Source: Verrucomicrobiota bacterium (lineage in GTDB: Bacteria > Verrucomicrobiota > Verrucomicrobiia > Opitutales > Seribacteraceae). From it: a stretch of DNA of 64,000 bases. The position numbers and the translations under genes are program-made. The first letter of the stretch is position 1; the number at the start of each line of letters is the position of its first letter. The stretch spans positions 50,065 through 114,064 of the forward strand of contig JAYYQI010000052.1 of NCBI GenBank assembly GCA_036128475.1, written 5' to 3'. Below the pieces are notes generated by a model. The model did no database searches and had not been told where the DNA came from. It saw nothing but the letters and a program-made list of their open reading frames with translations. Below are positions 40,460 through 49,491 of the stretch, piece by piece.

Positions 40460-40975
40460 ATGCATTATTTACAATTCGCTTTTTTAACGGTTATTTGCTG
40501 GGGAACCTATGGGGTCTGTATGCATATCGGATCAAGTAACATGGGAGACAAGGAGAATGGTCGAATTATGGCATTCCTATGGGTGGGCTTAGCCTATTTC
40601 TTAACGGCAGTGGTGGCACCCCTGATCATTTTGAAACTTAAAGGGGGCAATATCGCTTTCTGGACATTTCCGACTAAGGGTTGGCAGTGGTCGCTGATTG
40701 CAGGAACCTTGGGTGCGATTGGAGCCTTGGGTGTTTTACTAGCTTTCGGTAAGATGCCATCACCAGCCTATGTGCCGGTAATCATGTCCGTTATTTTTGC
40801 AGGTGCTCCGATTGTAAACGCAATTGTGAGTACGACCAAAGAGGGAAACTGGCCTCATGTGAAACTCCCTTTTATTCTGGGAATTGCGATGGCTGCAATC
40901 GGAGGTTACTTGGCTACCAAGCATGCCCCGAAACCTCCGAAAGTGCCGCCTGCTGCCGAGTCGACAAAATCTTAA
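40460..40975 (+). CDS. Small multi-TM membrane protein (DMT/EamA half-like)
   Basis: Approximately five hydrophobic helices; WGTYG, AG.LGA.GA, FAGAPIVN. Confidence 0.7.
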   Translation: MHYLQFAFLTVICWGTYGVCMHIGSSNMGDKENGRIMAFLWVGLAYFLTAVVAPLIILKLKGGNIAFWTFPTKGWQWSLIAGTLGAIGALGVLLAFGKMPSPAYVPVIMSVIFAGAPIVNAIVSTTKEGNWPHVKLPFILGIAMAAIGGYLATKHAPKPPKVPPAAESTKS

Positions 40976-40990
40976 GGGGAAAAGTTCTCA

Positions 40991-42274
40991 ATGAGCGAAA
41001 CCTCCCGAGACCATGAAGTGGTGACAAGGTGGGAGCGTAAGCGTTGGGCTGATTTTAAGGAAAATCTTTCCAAAGTCTCGGAATCAAATCAATTTCAGCA
41101 AAAACATATTGATGCACTTTACTCATTAAATGAGTGGGATTGTTTTGCAGATTTTCTAAACGCCTGCCCGTTTACTGAAAAAAAGAATCTGACTATGGAT
41201 CGGGAAGAGCACCCGCCTTATGGATCGAATCTGACTTTTCCTATTTCCGATTATAAGAAATTCAATCAGACCAGCGGAACTCAAGGTATGCCTATGGCTT
41301 GGTTGGATACGATGGAGGATTGGAAATGGATGCTTGGAAATTGGGATCAGGTATTGGAAGCTGGAGGAGTACACCGCGGAGCCCGATGTTTTTTTGCATT
41401 CTCTTTTGGTCCCTTTCTTGGTTTTTGGACGGCATATGAAGCAGCTACTCAGAGGGGTTGCGTATGCATTCCTGCAGGAGGGCAGAGTACGGAGCAACGA
41501 TTGCATAGTATTATCAAACAAGAAGCCGAGCATTTATTTTGCACACCTACTTATGCTATGCGTTTGACCTCTTTTGCTGAGGAATCAGGAATCGATCTTT
41601 CAGGTCATGTATTGAAATCAATCATTGTGGCTGGCGAAACTGGCGGAAGTTCACACGAAGTGAGAAATCGAATCATTTCAGCCTGGGCAAAAGGTATGAA
41701 AATTCAGGATCATTATGGAATGACGGAAGTCGGGCCGGTAGCCTATGAAACCCCAGGAGGGCAGGGTGGCTTGAGGATTATTCTAGATTCTTATTATCCT
41801 GAAGTCATTGATCCGAAAACCCTTGATTCTGTTAATGATGGAGAGAGGGGCGAGTTGGTGCTAACAACACTTGGCCGAGTGGGTTGCCCAGTCTTTCGAT
41901 ACCGAACGGGCGATCTTGTAAAAGCACGACAGGGTTACGATCAAAACGGTTTGCCCACTTTTGACCTTGAAGGAGGTATACTTGGGCGGACGGATGACAT
42001 GGTAGTGGTAAGGGGGGTAAATCTCTATCCTTCAGCGGTTGATTCCATAGTCACCCGTTTTCCTGAAATCAAGGAATACCAAGTGATTTTTGAAAACCGT
42101 GATTCCATGATGGAAGCAAAAGTAAAAATCGAATGTGAAGAGAATATGTCTTCGGTATTGGAAGCTTCCCTGCAGGAATCTTTTTCTTTGCGTATTCCGG
42201 TTGAGATTGTCGAATCAGGATCTTTACCTCGTCACGAAATGAAAGCAAAGCGCTGGATCAAATCGGACCAATAA
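40991..42274 (+). CDS. Phenylacetate--CoA ligase (PaaK)-like aryl-CoA ligase
   Basis: QTSGTQG, TPTY, AGE, YGMTE, YRTGD, GRTDDM..VRGVNLYP. Confidence 0.88.
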   Translation: MSETSRDHEVVTRWERKRWADFKENLSKVSESNQFQQKHIDALYSLNEWDCFADFLNACPFTEKKNLTMDREEHPPYGSNLTFPISDYKKFNQTSGTQGMPMAWLDTMEDWKWMLGNWDQVLEAGGVHRGARCFFAFSFGPFLGFWTAYEAATQRGCVCIPAGGQSTEQRLHSIIKQEAEHLFCTPTYAMRLTSFAEESGIDLSGHVLKSIIVAGETGGSSHEVRNRIISAWAKGMKIQDHYGMTEVGPVAYETPGGQGGLRIILDSYYPEVIDPKTLDSVNDGERGELVLTTLGRVGCPVFRYRTGDLVKARQGYDQNGLPTFDLEGGILGRTDDMVVVRGVNLYPSAVDSIVTRFPEIKEYQVIFENRDSMMEAKVKIECEENMSSVLEASLQESFSLRIPVEIVESGSLPRHEMKAKRWIKSDQ

Positions 42275-42286
42275 TAATTTGTAAAA

Positions 42287-42979
42287 ATGAATAAGATGAT
42301 AGAAATCTCTAACCTGTCAAAATCCTTCCCTTCTCCGGATGTGGAGGAGATTGTGCGTGTATTTAGTGGGGTTGATCTTGTGGTGGAAGAGGGCAGTTCG
42401 ATTGCGATCGTGGGACCGTCTGGCTCAGGCAAGAGTACACTTCTCAATATCATTGGCCTGCTAGACAAGCCGAGTGCTGGAAAAATCATAGTCGATCAAA
42501 AAGATTTGACTCGATTACATGAAGCAGAAGTTTCTGAGTACAGGAATCAGACCGTTGGGTTTGTATTTCAAGCTCATCATCTGCTTCCTTCTTGTACGGT
42601 TCTTGAGAATGTAATGCTGCCCGGATTGGCAGGTTTTGGCACGAAAGCTAATGGAGAATTAAAGGATAGGGCTAATGACCTATTAAAAGAAGTTGGGCTC
42701 GGGCATCGCGTCACTCATCTACCAGGGCAAATTTCCGGAGGGGAGAGACAACGGGTGGCCATTGCCCGCTCATTGATCAATCAACCTTCGGTACTTTTGG
42801 CAGATGAGCCTACGGGTGCCTTAGACAGAAAAAATTCCGAGCATCTGGTCAATTTGCTCAAGGAACTGAACGAACAGAGATCTCTGACGTTAGTAATGGT
42901 AACTCACTCTATAAGCAGTGCGAGCCAGATGAAACAAGCCTACCATTTGGACGAGGGCAGTTTAACGCGGGAGAGATAA
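42287..42979 (+). CDS. ABC transporter ATP-binding protein (LolD/MacB type)
   Basis: GPSGSGKST, ISGGERQRVAIAR, LADEPTGALD, VTH. Confidence 0.95.
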   Translation: MNKMIEISNLSKSFPSPDVEEIVRVFSGVDLVVEEGSSIAIVGPSGSGKSTLLNIIGLLDKPSAGKIIVDQKDLTRLHEAEVSEYRNQTVGFVFQAHHLLPSCTVLENVMLPGLAGFGTKANGELKDRANDLLKEVGLGHRVTHLPGQISGGERQRVAIARSLINQPSVLLADEPTGALDRKNSEHLVNLLKELNEQRSLTLVMVTHSISSASQMKQAYHLDEGSLTRER

Positions 42980-45900
42980 TGAGTCTTTGGCAGGTAATCG
43001 GAAGAAACCTACTTTTTTTCCGCCGGCACAACCTTGGGATCATTCTGGCGGCCGCCATGTGTTCCCTCGTATTGACGGGTGCTTTGACGGTCGGGGATTC
43101 AGTCCGTGCCACCCTTCGGAGTTTGGCTGAACAAAGAATAGGAAAGGGAGATATTGCCATGCTTTCCCCCGACGGTTTTTTTGAAGAGGATTTGGCGACC
43201 CGTATCCATGATGGACTAAATGACGAACAAGCAGTTATTGCCCCCATTGCATTATTCCGGGGTATGATGACATCTCCGGATGGATCAGTACAGGCGGTCA
43301 ATGTACAGGTTCTTGGAGTTGACGAGAGATTTTGGCAGCTTGCTCCGGAATTCGCTTATACTCCCATGGGCACATGGTCGATGGAAAAAGAGTTTAGTGA
43401 ATGGAGCTCAAATGTCTTCTTCGTAAACGAACGTTTGGCCAAACGCCTAAAAGCAGAAGTGGGAGACCGCCTAATCTTAAGGATGGAGGAGCCAAGTTTG
43501 TTTTCAAGAGACGCGCCTCTATCAGGTGAGCGAGACAATAAGTTTGTTACAATGAATGAAGAATTTGGAGGTATTGTTTCGGCGAATGGATTTGGTAATT
43601 TTGGTTTGCAGGGAAATCAACGGGAACCACTTACCGTTTTTGTTTCGCTAACAGCCTTGCAAAAGAAATTGTTTCGATCCTTGGACGAAATTTCCGGTAG
43701 TACCAGTTTTGCCAATTTTCTTCTAATCGGAAAGGGGGGCAAAGGAGAAATTGATTTGGTAAAGGCAAAGAAGGCAATGGATGAAAGTTGGAAACTTGCA
43801 GATGCAGGCATCGAGATAAAGGATTTGAATAGTTCTAGTGAATGGAGCATTCGAACCCGGCAAGTATTTTTATCTGACGGTTTGGTTGCTAAGGGTAGAA
43901 GTCTGGATTCCAAAGCAAGCGGAGTCCTGACCTATTTGGTAAATGCGATCGAAAAGAGTTCGGAGGGCAATGGAAGTGCACTGATACCATATTCGATGAT
44001 TTCAGCCGTGGAACCCAGGAAGGTATCATTTTTAGACGAACAATGGCAGGATGATCAAATTGCCCTTAATCAATGGGCGACTGAGGACCTGAATGCATCG
44101 CTAGGCGACAAAATAAACGTTAGCTTTTACACCGTTGGAGAAAGAAGAAAATTGATCGAAGCATCGAGAAACTTTGTTTTGGGAAAAATCCTACCTTCAC
44201 CCAGTCCTTTATCTAAAGATCAGGAGAGTGATTGGACTCCAAGATTTCCAGGTCTTTCGGATGCGGAATCTTGCGGGGAATGGGATACAGGCATTCCAAT
44301 TGTGCATAAAGTGCGAGATCGAGACGAAGACTATTGGGATCAATATCGTGGTACTCCCAAGGGCTTTATCTCACTTAAGGCAGGGCAAGAAATGTGGGGT
44401 AATCGATGGGGCTCTCTTACTGGTTTGCGCATAGGTAAAACTGAATATTCCAGAGAAGAACTGACTTCCAAATTACGAAAAAACCTAAAGGCTGAGGATG
44501 CGGGTTTGGTTCTTCGTGGATTACGCTTGGATGCCAAACAATCGGTTGAATCACCAGTGGACTTTGGACAGCTCTTTATGGGATTTAGTTTTTTCGTGAT
44601 TGCTGCCGTTCTTGCGATAACGGGAATGCTCTTCAATTTTTCACTGGAACAGCGAAGCGGGCAGATTGGATTGCTACGAGCACTAGGTTGGAAAACGCAA
44701 AGAATAAAAAGGGTGTTTTTGGGAGAGGGGTTGTTCGTTGCCTTTGCAGGTTCTGCGGTTGGAGTATTTTTGGCTTCAATTTATGGAAAAGTAATCCTTG
44801 AACTTTTGAGTGGAAAATGGAGTGGGGCGGTTTCGGGCACTCGTTTTGATTATGATGCCACAGTAAGCTCAATGATTGTGGGTGGGGTGTCTTCATCCAT
44901 TGTATGTTTTCTATCCATGTTTTGGTCAGCGAAGAAATTGTTGAATCGTGAACCGAGAGAGCTTCTGCATTCTGGTAATGAGGGAATCCAAAATGAATCT
45001 TCGATGGGATCTTCATCAAAATGGTATCAATGGGTGGGAATCTTTTGTATTGCTGGAGCGATAGTCTTGGCATGGTCAGTTGGGCTGACAAGCCATCAGG
45101 CCTCCATGACTTTTTTTGGAGCAGGTGGACTCCTTCTGATAGGGGGGATGTTCTTATTTCGATTTAGTCTGGGAAGGAGAATTACAGGTAATCATAATAT
45201 AGCAAACCCTTCCCAACTTTTTCGTAGAAACCTGAATCGAAGGAGGGGCAGAGGATTAGTAACAGTCGGTGCGATGGCTGCAGGAACATTCTTAGTTGTG
45301 AGTACAGGGGCTTTTCGCAAAGCACCTGATGTTGGGCACGATAATTTCAAGTCAGGGACTGGCGGCTTTTCCTTTTGGGGAGAATCTGCTTCTCCCATAT
45401 ATGATGACTTAAATGGCAGGGAAGCCGCTGAGCTTTTTGATTTAAACAAAAGCCTGTTTTTAGATGCCAAAGTTATTCCTCTTCGTGTTCGGGAAGGGGA
45501 TGATGCGAGTTGTTTGAATTTAAACAAAGCGCTTCGTCCAAGAATTTATGGAATTAAGCCTAGTGACTTTATTGGTAGATTTGAATTTACGGAAGGTAAC
45601 TGGACGACCCTAAACAAAAAGATTGAGGGGAATGTCGTACCTGCTCTTGTTGATCAGAACACAATGTTATGGGCATTAAAAATGGGACTTGGTGATCGCA
45701 TCCAATTTATGGATGGAGAAGGTAGACCCTTTGAGATCGAATTGATGGGTGCCTTCAAGGGATCGATGTTACAGGGTGCTCTCTTCATTAAGGAAGAAGA
45801 TTTCCTGAACAAGTTTAAGCAACAGGGTGGATATCGTAGTTTTATGCTTGCCGGAAAATTTGAAGATGGGCAGATGTTAGCCAATCATCTGGAGGATCGA

Positions 45901-46350
45901 ATGTATCAGCATGGAATGGAATTTAGAGAATCCAGAGAAAGGCTTACTGAGCTCCAAACTGTGGAGAATACATATTTGTCAATTTTTCAGGGTTTGGGTG
46001 GCCTCGGGATGTTGATAGGAACTTGTGGGTTAGGTCTAGTTGTTGCTCGCAATCTTGTTGAAAGAAGTAACGAAACGGCCCTTTTGGAAGCCTTGGGATA
46101 CAGGCTCGAAAACATACGAAAGTATGCCCTGTTGGAACATGTGCAATTAGCCTTTTGGGGGATTGCCATAGGCTCTACATCGGCAATTCTTGGTATTGCC
46201 CCTGCCTTGTTTGGCGGAGTAACAGATAAGCCTAGTACAGGCTTCTTTTGGTTCTTTATTGCATTAACCTTGCTTGCTTTTTTCTGGGTTTACCTCGCCG
46301 TTTTCTTGACCTTACGAAAAAGCCAGCTTCATTTGTTGAAGAATGAATAA
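42979..46350 (+). CDS. Large duplicated FtsX/MacB-type ABC permease
   Basis: Two FtsX-like TM modules (R..QIGLLRALG; R..ETALLEALG) with large periplasmic loops; TAATG-coupled to the ATPase. Confidence 0.88.
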   Translation: MSLWQVIGRNLLFFRRHNLGIILAAAMCSLVLTGALTVGDSVRATLRSLAEQRIGKGDIAMLSPDGFFEEDLATRIHDGLNDEQAVIAPIALFRGMMTSPDGSVQAVNVQVLGVDERFWQLAPEFAYTPMGTWSMEKEFSEWSSNVFFVNERLAKRLKAEVGDRLILRMEEPSLFSRDAPLSGERDNKFVTMNEEFGGIVSANGFGNFGLQGNQREPLTVFVSLTALQKKLFRSLDEISGSTSFANFLLIGKGGKGEIDLVKAKKAMDESWKLADAGIEIKDLNSSSEWSIRTRQVFLSDGLVAKGRSLDSKASGVLTYLVNAIEKSSEGNGSALIPYSMISAVEPRKVSFLDEQWQDDQIALNQWATEDLNASLGDKINVSFYTVGERRKLIEASRNFVLGKILPSPSPLSKDQESDWTPRFPGLSDAESCGEWDTGIPIVHKVRDRDEDYWDQYRGTPKGFISLKAGQEMWGNRWGSLTGLRIGKTEYSREELTSKLRKNLKAEDAGLVLRGLRLDAKQSVESPVDFGQLFMGFSFFVIAAVLAITGMLFNFSLEQRSGQIGLLRALGWKTQRIKRVFLGEGLFVAFAGSAVGVFLASIYGKVILELLSGKWSGAVSGTRFDYDATVSSMIVGGVSSSIVCFLSMFWSAKKLLNREPRELLHSGNEGIQNESSMGSSSKWYQWVGIFCIAGAIVLAWSVGLTSHQASMTFFGAGGLLLIGGMFLFRFSLGRRITGNHNIANPSQLFRRNLNRRRGRGLVTVGAMAAGTFLVVSTGAFRKAPDVGHDNFKSGTGGFSFWGESASPIYDDLNGREAAELFDLNKSLFLDAKVIPLRVREGDDASCLNLNKALRPRIYGIKPSDFIGRFEFTEGNWTTLNKKIEGNVVPALVDQNTMLWALKMGLGDRIQFMDGEGRPFEIELMGAFKGSMLQGALFIKEEDFLNKFKQQGGYRSFMLAGKFEDGQMLANHLEDRMYQHGMEFRESRERLTELQTVENTYLSIFQGLGGLGMLIGTCGLGLVVARNLVERSNETALLEALGYRLENIRKYALLEHVQLAFWGIAIGSTSAILGIAPALFGGVTDKPSTGFFWFFIALTLLAFFWVYLAVFLTLRKSQLHLLKNE

Positions 46351-47092
46351 ATTACTATCCGAGTTTGCGAGGGAAAACTTTATGGTTTTCTTTTGCGTTC
46401 TATTTTTACTGGCATCCGGTTGCGTGCATCACAGTTCAAAAAATAAAACTCCGAAAAGCTCCATTCAGATCGATTCTTTAGACCAAGGAAAAATAGTAGC
46501 CGAGCAAGCCTGGAAACTGGAATTCAGCGAGGACTTTTCAGGTGTCGATGTTGGTGCTGAACCAGAAAATATTTTTATTTTGGATGGCGAATACACGGTG
46601 CAAAAAGAGAGGGATGACAATAAATGCCTAACGCTACCTGGAACTCCAATGGGAGATTTTGGCTTACTTTTCGGACCCAGGGAGAGGGAAAAACCTTTGG
46701 AACTAAACTTTGCTTTTTTTGCGACTAAAAAAGGTCGTCGTATGCCTTCAATCGCTGCAAGTATAGGAGGCGTAAGAGGGTATCGACTGAGGCTAAACCC
46801 TGCGGCTAGAAATATAGTAGTCTCCATGCATGAAACGGTTCTTAAGCAGTTATCTTTTGTATGGGAAGGTGACCAGTGGTGGAGGATCCGATTTCAAGTC
46901 ATTCCGGTCGCGACTAAAGAAGCGACTAGATTGCAATTCAAACTTTGGCCAAAGGCACAAAATGAACCAAAGGAATGGGTTTTATGTGAAGAGTTTGATA
47001 TTGAGTACACGGGGGGAAAGTGTGCTCTTTGGGGCTTCCCTTATTCAAGTACACCCATCCTTTTTGATGATATTGCAGTTCTCTCCAACTAA
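46343..47092 (+). CDS. Lipoprotein with concanavalin/DUF1080-like beta-sandwich domain
   Basis: Lipobox LASGC; WWRIRF...KLWP...EP..W resembles the C-terminal domain of 24647-26995. Confidence 0.7.
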   Translation: MNKLLSEFARENFMVFFCVLFLLASGCVHHSSKNKTPKSSIQIDSLDQGKIVAEQAWKLEFSEDFSGVDVGAEPENIFILDGEYTVQKERDDNKCLTLPGTPMGDFGLLFGPREREKPLELNFAFFATKKGRRMPSIAASIGGVRGYRLRLNPAARNIVVSMHETVLKQLSFVWEGDQWWRIRFQVIPVATKEATRLQFKLWPKAQNEPKEWVLCEEFDIEYTGGKCALWGFPYSSTPILFDDIAVLSN

Positions 47093-47129
47093 TAGGGCAT
47101 TATCTTCGGAAAAAATAAGTTATAACTTA

Positions 47130-49430
47130 ATGAAAAGCTGGTTTAAGCAATGGACAGCATTGAGCATTCTTGGTCTAATGTCTCCGCTTTTCACCCTTGG
47201 TTCTTCAGGGAGCGAAACAATCCTTTTCAATGAAAAGGTTCTCCCTCTGTTGGAAGAGTATTGCTACGATTGTCATGGCGATGGAGCAAAGAAGGGAGAT
47301 TTTGCCATGGATGAATTGATTGCTCTCGGAAATGTTTCAAAACATTCAGAAAAATGGGATCGTATTTGGAAAAACATTTACAATCGAAATATGCCTCCGG
47401 CCAATGTGCCCCAACCATCGGATATTGAAATAAGTACGATTCTTTCCTGGATTGAAGATGCCTCCTTTGGACATAATCCCAATTACTATGACCCTGCACA
47501 TGTTGTCCTGAGAAGGTTAAACAGAATCGAGTACGAAAATACCGTACAAGATTTGTTCGGCATTGAAATTGATGTGAAAAATTATTTTCCGGCAGATGAT
47601 ACCGGTTATGGTTTTGATACCATTGGCGAGGTGCTGACACTTTCTCCATTATTGATGGAAAAATATTTAGGAATGGCCGAAATTGTCATGGAAGAAACAT
47701 TGGGCCCGATAGATGATAAGAGCTTAAGACACCGCTTTAAACCCAATGACCTAAAGGGTGGGAGTGAGCAAGACGGGATGCGGGTACTTGCCTCCAAAGG
47801 AAGCCTTTCTCTGACATTCATCTCTTCTCAAGAAGGACAACACACGGTAAAGGTTAAAGCGACCGCCAGTTTGGCGGGAGATGAATTGGCAAAAATGAGC
47901 GTTGCTGTTAACGGAAAACAGATTACCGAATTTTCAATCGATGCAGAATATCCTAATAAGAAGGAGTATGTGTTTACATTTGGTGCAAAACCTAATTTTA
48001 GCAACCAGATAACCTTAACCTTTCCCAATGACTTTTGGGATCCCAAAAATAAAGACCCAAAAAGAAGAGACAGAAATCTTTTTGTAGAATCGGTGGAGAT
48101 ATCTTCGCCAGAAGGTGTGCCTCAAAATGTAATAATGACAAGGATGCATCTTTTAGGGAAATGGAAGACCGAAGAAATTGGCGATGAGGAAGCAAAGACA
48201 TCTTTTGATAGATGGTTGCCCCGTATATACCGATCGCCACTCGACCCATCCCAATTTGAACGGCATATATCGTTGTATAAAAAAATGAAGCAGAAAGGCT
48301 TGAACACCTTGGAATCATTGAGGCAGACTTTCAAAGCAGCATTGATCTCTCCAAATTTTATTTTTCGAGAAGAAAAAAAGTTGAAAGTAAACCCCTCAAC
48401 ACAACCCCGCTTGCTCGATGAATATGCTTTAGCCCACCGGATGTCATACTTTCTATGGAGTTCAGTACCTGACGATGAGCTTTGGGATCTTGCCACTCAG
48501 GGAAAACTGAGGGCCAATTTGCGGGAAGAAGTTAAGCGTATGATTCGTAATCCCAAGATCGATCAATTCGTAAAAAACTTCTGTGGGCAATGGCTCCAGC
48601 TAAGAGATCTAAACTTGGTCAACCCGAACCCAGCTCAATTTCCTACATTTTCAGAAGAGGTACGAGAATTGATGATTTTGGAAACCGAAAAATTCTTTAA
48701 GCACTTGCTCGTGGAAAATCTACCTCTCGAGCTTTTGCTGAGTGCTGATTTTTCAATGATTAATCAGGAGCTTGCAAAATACTATGGAGTTTCAGGTGAC
48801 TTTAGTAATGATTTTCAAAAAGTAGTTTTTCGAGGAGAAGACTTGAATCAGAGGGGAGGTTTACTCACTCATGGATCCATTTTGACAATTACTTCAAATC
48901 CCACTCGAACATCACCCGTAAAGCGGGGAAAGTGGATTTTGGATAATTTGTTGGCAGCCCCTCCGAGAGACCCACCACCGGGAGTCACTGAATTAGAAGA
49001 GCCTAATGACTCTGACTTTAAAAAATTGACCATTAGGGAGCAGATGGCGATGCATTCGAGAAGCCCAACCTGCTACTCCTGTCACGCAAGTATGGACAAC
49101 CTAGGTTATGCACTGGAAAACTTCAATGCAGTCGGAAAATGGCGAGATCACGAAGGCGGAAAAAGTATAGATGTAACTGGCAAATTGAGCTCTGGAGAAA
49201 AATTTACCGGTGTCAGAGAACTGCAAAGATTTTTGAAAGAAAACAAAAAACAGGCAATTATTCGATGCCTCGCTCAGAAGCTTTTGATTTATGGAATAGG
49301 ACGTGGTCTTAATTTTAAAGACCGCGTTGTGGTTGATGATGTAATTAGCATTGGAAAGCAAGAGGAAATCAAGCTAGCGGATTTAGTTTTCAAAGTAATT
49401 CAAAGCAAGCCGTTTCAACTTTCCCAATAA
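47130..49430 (+). CDS. Planctomycete-type cytochrome c domain + DUF1587/1592/1588/1585 protein (start likely ATG 47130)
   Basis: CYDCHG, MPP, RRLNRIEYENT, SYFLWSS.PD, F.GQWL, RTSPVKRG.W, CYSCH. Confidence 0.9.
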   Translation: MKSWFKQWTALSILGLMSPLFTLGSSGSETILFNEKVLPLLEEYCYDCHGDGAKKGDFAMDELIALGNVSKHSEKWDRIWKNIYNRNMPPANVPQPSDIEISTILSWIEDASFGHNPNYYDPAHVVLRRLNRIEYENTVQDLFGIEIDVKNYFPADDTGYGFDTIGEVLTLSPLLMEKYLGMAEIVMEETLGPIDDKSLRHRFKPNDLKGGSEQDGMRVLASKGSLSLTFISSQEGQHTVKVKATASLAGDELAKMSVAVNGKQITEFSIDAEYPNKKEYVFTFGAKPNFSNQITLTFPNDFWDPKNKDPKRRDRNLFVESVEISSPEGVPQNVIMTRMHLLGKWKTEEIGDEEAKTSFDRWLPRIYRSPLDPSQFERHISLYKKMKQKGLNTLESLRQTFKAALISPNFIFREEKKLKVNPSTQPRLLDEYALAHRMSYFLWSSVPDDELWDLATQGKLRANLREEVKRMIRNPKIDQFVKNFCGQWLQLRDLNLVNPNPAQFPTFSEEVRELMILETEKFFKHLLVENLPLELLLSADFSMINQELAKYYGVSGDFSNDFQKVVFRGEDLNQRGGLLTHGSILTITSNPTRTSPVKRGKWILDNLLAAPPRDPPPGVTELEEPNDSDFKKLTIREQMAMHSRSPTCYSCHASMDNLGYALENFNAVGKWRDHEGGKSIDVTGKLSSGEKFTGVRELQRFLKENKKQAIIRCLAQKLLIYGIGRGLNFKDRVVVDDVISIGKQEEIKLADLVFKVIQSKPFQLSQ

Positions 49431-49491
49431 GATGATTTGATTAATTTGTCCTAATTCATTACTGTTTGGTAATTAGTATTTTATAACTTTT

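Noticed and set aside
46830-47129. N-terminal 100 aa of the 866-aa ORF
   Set aside because: It overlaps the upstream lipoprotein gene; a signal-peptide-like sequence begins at ATG 47130
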